Assembly (NCBI GenBank): GCA_003280995.1
Contig: QCDG01000007.1
Span: 25,026 to 89,025, forward strand
Length of the DNA stretch: 64,000 bases
Direction: 5' to 3'
DNA from: Prochlorococcus sp. AG-355-A09
Lineage (GTDB): Bacteria > Cyanobacteriota > Cyanobacteriia > PCC-6307 > Cyanobiaceae
Part shown: positions 60,155 through 64,000 of the stretch, piece by piece
Numbering within the stretch: the stretch's first letter is position 1
Layout: every line of letters begins with the position of its first letter
Program-made: the position numbers and the translations under genes
The notes under the pieces: model-generated
The model's database searches: none
What the model saw: the letters and a program-made list of their open reading frames with translations, nothing else
What the model was told of the DNA's origin: nothing

Positions 60155-61969
60155 ATGCTAATCATTTTTAAAGAATTAACAAAACAATTTGAACAATCTC
60201 TTTTAGATAGTCTTGAAAAAAATGATAAAAAAGGAGAATTCGAAATTCTTCGAAAAAATATAATTACACAATCATCAAAAGAGGAATTTGGTCATTATCA
60301 ATGTAATGTTTGTTTAAGTTTATCTAAAATATATAAAAAGAACCCAAGAGATATTTCTAATGATTTTATTAACCTTTTAAATCAAAATATAAGCATATCA
60401 AAATTATGTAAGAGTCTAGAAATAGCTGGACCTGGATTTATAAATATAAAATTAAAAGATGAGGTTCTAATAAATGAAATAAAGTCAAATATTCAATGCA
60501 ATAGGGCTGGGATACCTCTAATTAGAAAAAATTTAGATAGTGGTTTGTCCAATAAAGTTATTGTAGATTTTTCTAGTCCTAATATTGCTAAAGAAATGCA
60601 TGTAGGGCATTTAAGATCAACAATAATAGGTGACTCAATATCTAGAATTTTCGAGTTAAGAGGTTATGAAGTATTAAGACTCAATCATGTAGGAGATTGG
60701 GGAACACAATTTGGCATGCTTATTACTCAGCTCAAAGATTTATATTCAAATGATCTAGAAGAAATAGGAAAGATCAAAATAAGTGATTTAGTTGAATTTT
60801 ATAAAGAATCAAAAAAAAGATTTGATAACGAATCTGAATTCCAAAAAAGATCTAGAGAGGAAGTAGTTAAGTTACAAAGTGGAGATATTAAATCGATTAA
60901 AGCTTGGAAATTATTATGTGATCAATCAAGGAAAGAATTTGATGAAATCTATAAAAATTTAAAAATAAAAATAGAAGAAAGAGGTGAATCTTTTTATAAT
61001 CCCTTCTTAAAATCAGTTATTGATGATTTGAATTTAGAAAAAATATTAGTAGAAGATCAAGGAGCAAAATGTGTATTTTTAGATGGGATGACTAATAAAG
61101 AAGGGAAACCTTTACCGCTAATTATTCAAAAAAAAGATGGGGGTTTTAATTATGCCACTACAGATCTTGCTGCTATAAGATACAGATTCAATAAACCTCC
61201 TAATGGCGATAATGCTTCAAGAATTATTTATGTAACTGATCATGGGCAAGCAAATCATTTTGCTGGAGTTTTTCAAGTTGCAAAAAAAGCAAAATGGATC
61301 CCAGCGAATTGTCAAGTAGACCATGTCCCTTTTGGGTTAGTTCAAGGAATTGATGGCAAAAAACTAAAGACAAGAGAAGGTGAAACAATACGCCTAAAAG
61401 ATTTATTAAATGAAGCAGTTAGAAGAGCAAAAGAAGATTTATTGAAAAGATTAGAAGATGAAGATCGTTATGAGACTGAAGAGTTTATAGCAAATACTTC
61501 AAGAATTATTGGATTAGGAGCTGTTAAGTATGCAGATTTAAGTCAAAATAGGATTACCAATTATCAATTTAGTTTTGATAAAATGCTTTCCCTAAATGGT
61601 AATACTGCTCCTTATTTGTTATATACACTTGTAAGAATTTTAGGAATTAAAAGAAAAAATAATTTTGTTTATGACTCTAAAGATTTTCAGTACATAAATT
61701 ATGAACATAAATCTGAGTGGAAACTTATCAGAAAATTACTTAAGTTCGATGAAGTCATAATTTCTATTGAAAAAGACTTAATGCCAAATAGATTATGCAA
61801 TTATCTGTTCGAGCTATGTCAGACTTTTAATAGATTCTATGATCAAGTTCCAATCCTCAAAGAAGAAAAAAATATAAAAATTTCTAGGCTTAATTTATGT
61901 GACCTAACTGCAAAAACACTAAAATTAAGCTTAGAGCTTTTAGGAATTGAAACTTTAGAAAGAATGTAA
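60155..61969 (+). CDS. argS: Arginyl-tRNA synthetase
   Basis: 604 aa. Has [16 protein letters not shown] and a C-terminal anticodon-binding domain ending in M. Confidence 0.95.
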   Translation: MLIIFKELTKQFEQSLLDSLEKNDKKGEFEILRKNIITQSSKEEFGHYQCNVCLSLSKIYKKNPRDISNDFINLLNQNISISKLCKSLEIAGPGFINIKLKDEVLINEIKSNIQCNRAGIPLIRKNLDSGLSNKVIVDFSSPNIAKEMHVGHLRSTIIGDSISRIFELRGYEVLRLNHVGDWGTQFGMLITQLKDLYSNDLEEIGKIKISDLVEFYKESKKRFDNESEFQKRSREEVVKLQSGDIKSIKAWKLLCDQSRKEFDEIYKNLKIKIEERGESFYNPFLKSVIDDLNLEKILVEDQGAKCVFLDGMTNKEGKPLPLIIQKKDGGFNYATTDLAAIRYRFNKPPNGDNASRIIYVTDHGQANHFAGVFQVAKKAKWIPANCQVDHVPFGLVQGIDGKKLKTREGETIRLKDLLNEAVRRAKEDLLKRLEDEDRYETEEFIANTSRIIGLGAVKYADLSQNRITNYQFSFDKMLSLNGNTAPYLLYTLVRILGIKRKNNFVYDSKDFQYINYEHKSEWKLIRKLLKFDEVIISIEKDLMPNRLCNYLFELCQTFNRFYDQVPILKEEKNIKISRLNLCDLTAKTLKLSLELLGIETLERM

Positions 61970-63078
61970 TGAATGATTTTGATCCATTAAATAATCTTTT
62001 CCCAAAACCAAGAGAAGAAATAATAAATATGCAGTCTTACTCTGCACCTTTAGAAAATAGAAGAAATTTACTCCGCTTAGACTTTAATGAAAATACTCTA
62101 GGTCCAAGTCCTAAGGTTCTAGAGGCATTACAAGCGATAAAATTAGATGAGATTTCAATTTATCCAGAATATAATTTTTTAAAAAAATTTTTATGTGATA
62201 AATATCTTGATTCAAGAAAATTTGGTAATGATGAAATCGGAATTTTCAATGGAGCAGATGCAGCAATAAATGCAATTTTCAATTGCTTTGGAGAAAAAGA
62301 TCAAATATTTCTAACAACAAATCCAACTTTTGGTTACTATTCTCCTTGTGCAGAAATCCGAGGAATGAAAAAAATAAGTTGTTCTTACGTTGGAGAAAAT
62401 TTTCTATTTCCCATCGAAGAATTTAGGGAAAAAATAATAAAGCATAATCCAAAGTTAATATTTATTTGCAATCCAAATAATCCAACAGGAACTGTTCTAA
62501 GCTCTCATGAAATAATTAATTTAGCCAATATCAATAAAGATTCATTAATAGTTGTTGATGAACTATATGAAAAATTTAATGGAGATAGTCTTCTTGAATC
62601 GATAGATTTTAAAAAGAATAAAAATATACTAATAATCCAATCTCTTTCAAAAACTGCAGGTCTAGCTGGTTTAAGAATAGGTTTTACTTTTGGCAATAAA
62701 AATTTAATTCAGTACATTAATAAAGTTACAGGACCATATGATGTAAACAGCTTTGCTATAACAGCTGCATTAGCAGCACTTAAAGACAAATCATATATTG
62801 ATAATTATGTTTTAGAAGTAAAAAAGGCGAGGGAATGGATTTTAAATAAATTTAAATCAACAAAAATCAGAACTCACTTTAGTGGAGGTAATTATTTCTT
62901 AATTTGGCCCAAAAAAGATCCTAAAATCTTAATACAACAGATGAGAGAAAAAGGTATTCTTATTAGAAGTATGGAAAACAAAAAAGATATCGGTAATTCT
63001 ATAAGGGTTAGTATTGGAACTAAAGAACAAATGATTTTTTTCTGGGACAATTACAAGATATTAGATTTAAAAAATTAA
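61969..63078 (+). CDS. hisC: Class II aminotransferase, histidinol-phosphate aminotransferase family
   Basis: 369 aa. Has LDFNENTLGPSP, NPNNPTG and SLSKTAGLAGLRIG. Its start overlaps the argS stop (TAATG). Confidence 0.75.
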   Translation: MNDFDPLNNLFPKPREEIINMQSYSAPLENRRNLLRLDFNENTLGPSPKVLEALQAIKLDEISIYPEYNFLKKFLCDKYLDSRKFGNDEIGIFNGADAAINAIFNCFGEKDQIFLTTNPTFGYYSPCAEIRGMKKISCSYVGENFLFPIEEFREKIIKHNPKLIFICNPNNPTGTVLSSHEIINLANINKDSLIVVDELYEKFNGDSLLESIDFKKNKNILIIQSLSKTAGLAGLRIGFTFGNKNLIQYINKVTGPYDVNSFAITAALAALKDKSYIDNYVLEVKKAREWILNKFKSTKIRTHFSGGNYFLIWPKKDPKILIQQMREKGILIRSMENKKDIGNSIRVSIGTKEQMIFFWDNYKILDLKN

Positions 63079-63800
63079 TTACTGAAAATATAAATTGTAT
63101 TTTGATCGATTCTTTTAGGTTTTATTTGAAAATCTTTTCCAACATATTTTACTTTAAAATCTTTCATATTTTCGATAAATAAATCAGCATTTGAGAAATC
63201 ACATTCTTTATTAATTTTTTTGCCGCGTTCAAAGTGAACAGGAATAACTACATTAGGTTTTAGAAGCTTAACTATTTTTGAAGCTTCTTTACCATTGTAA
63301 GATTTTATTCCTCCTCCAATTGAAATAAACAATATATCTGGAGCAGACAAAATAATTTGACTGTTTATATCAATATCACCAGCAGCTCCTCCCATATGAA
63401 CAATTTTAAGGTCATTCTGCTCCCAACTCCAAACAGTTGCCATCCCAAATCTTCTTCCATCTACTCTGTCATGTGGTACAGAAATTCCATTTAATAAAAT
63501 ATCCTCAAATTGATAGATTCCTGGCTCAACGAACATTAATTGATCATTAGGGTTATATCCTTCATCTGGAAGCCTAGAACTAGCCAAAATAAAATCTACG
63601 TTGACTTCTTTTGGCTCTTTTAAATTACTTGCACAACCTATTGCTTTAAAGGGATTTATAAGAATAGATTTATCTGCATTAGTAATTAAAAAACTACTAT
63701 GTCCCAAACTTTTTATTCCTAAGTTCCTTGCCAATAATGAGGTAGGTAAAAAAGAGCTAACTAATATCAAAAATAAAAAGTTTTTAATTTGAGAAATCAT
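63075..63800 (-). CDS. Exported metal-dependent hydrolase, MBL-fold (UPF0173-like)
   Basis: 241 aa. Signal-like N-terminus, LGHSSFLI and PVHF. Confidence 0.65.
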   Translation of the reverse strand: MISQIKNFLFLILVSSFLPTSLLARNLGIKSLGHSSFLITNADKSILINPFKAIGCASNLKEPKEVNVDFILASSRLPDEGYNPNDQLMFVEPGIYQFEDILLNGISVPHDRVDGRRFGMATVWSWEQNDLKIVHMGGAAGDIDINSQIILSAPDILFISIGGGIKSYNGKEASKIVKLLKPNVVIPVHFERGKKINKECDFSNADLFIENMKDFKVKYVGKDFQIKPKRIDQNTIYIFSN

Positions 63801-63819
63801 AATATTATTTTTTTTTATT

Positions 63820-64000
63820 TTACTTTTGTTCAGCCATTTTTAGAAAATTACTAATTAATTTATGACCAAATTGCGTCAACACACTTTCAGGATGGAACTG
63901 TACCCCATGTAAATGTTTATATTCTTTATGAGAGATAGCCATAATTGTTGAGTCTTCTAAAGTCGCAGTTATGTCGAAACAAGATGGTAAAGAACTTGAA
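63820..64000 (-). CDS. Glutamine amidotransferase, anthranilate/aminodeoxychorismate synthase component II (TrpG/PabA), C-terminal part only
   Basis: Minus-strand frame reads ...AISHKEYKHLHGVQFHPESVLTQFGHKLISNFLKMAEQK and stops at 63820-63822. The gene continues beyond the right window edge. Confidence 0.8.
   Translation of the reverse strand, partial: SSSLPSCFDITATLEDSTIMAISHKEYKHLHGVQFHPESVLTQFGHKLISNFLKMAEQK

Overview
Very AT-rich (by eye about 30% GC, not computed), tightly packed cyanobacterial core-genome segment. Gene content and order (ntcA, cobO-like, dcd, thyX, glmM, trmB, ileS, tRNA-Leu, crtR, gatC, mpg, pyrB, coaBC, psbO, sat, ftsH, eda remnant, aroC, psbA, cp12, obg, mutS2, hemB, SulP/SbtA-like/PII-like, eno, clpB, secE-nusG-rplKAJL, rnhA, pyrD, cobD, murG, pgk, rbgA, rluD, spoT, mnmE, nadC, argS) fit a high-light-adapted Prochlorococcus marinus-type genome. 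All protein calls come from motif recognition in the supplied translations; no database search was possible. I see about 65 credible CDS, one tRNA, a few rho-independent terminators and a few candidate operator or promoter sites. I see no CRISPR array, transposase, integrase, prophage or recognisable defence or toxin-antitoxin cassette, so this looks like ordinary core genome, not an accessory island. The most system-like under-characterised unit is a co-directional SulP/STAS + SbtA-like permease + PII-like triad (31.3-34.2 kb). Other points worth a second look: three ORF-integrity anomalies within 10 kb (eda with a homopolymer frameshift plus an in-frame stop, mpg with an in-frame TGA at codon 7, crtR with a conserved N-terminal extension lacking any canonical start); a thioredoxin-reductase homologue lacking NADPH-binding motifs; a CobA/CobO-like protein without a P-loop; a 15-bp perfect inverted repeat upstream of clpB; NtcA-type boxes upstream of ntcA and pgk; and a 300-bp ORF-free stretch upstream of the psbA promoter carrying clustered AGAGG/CCUCU motifs.
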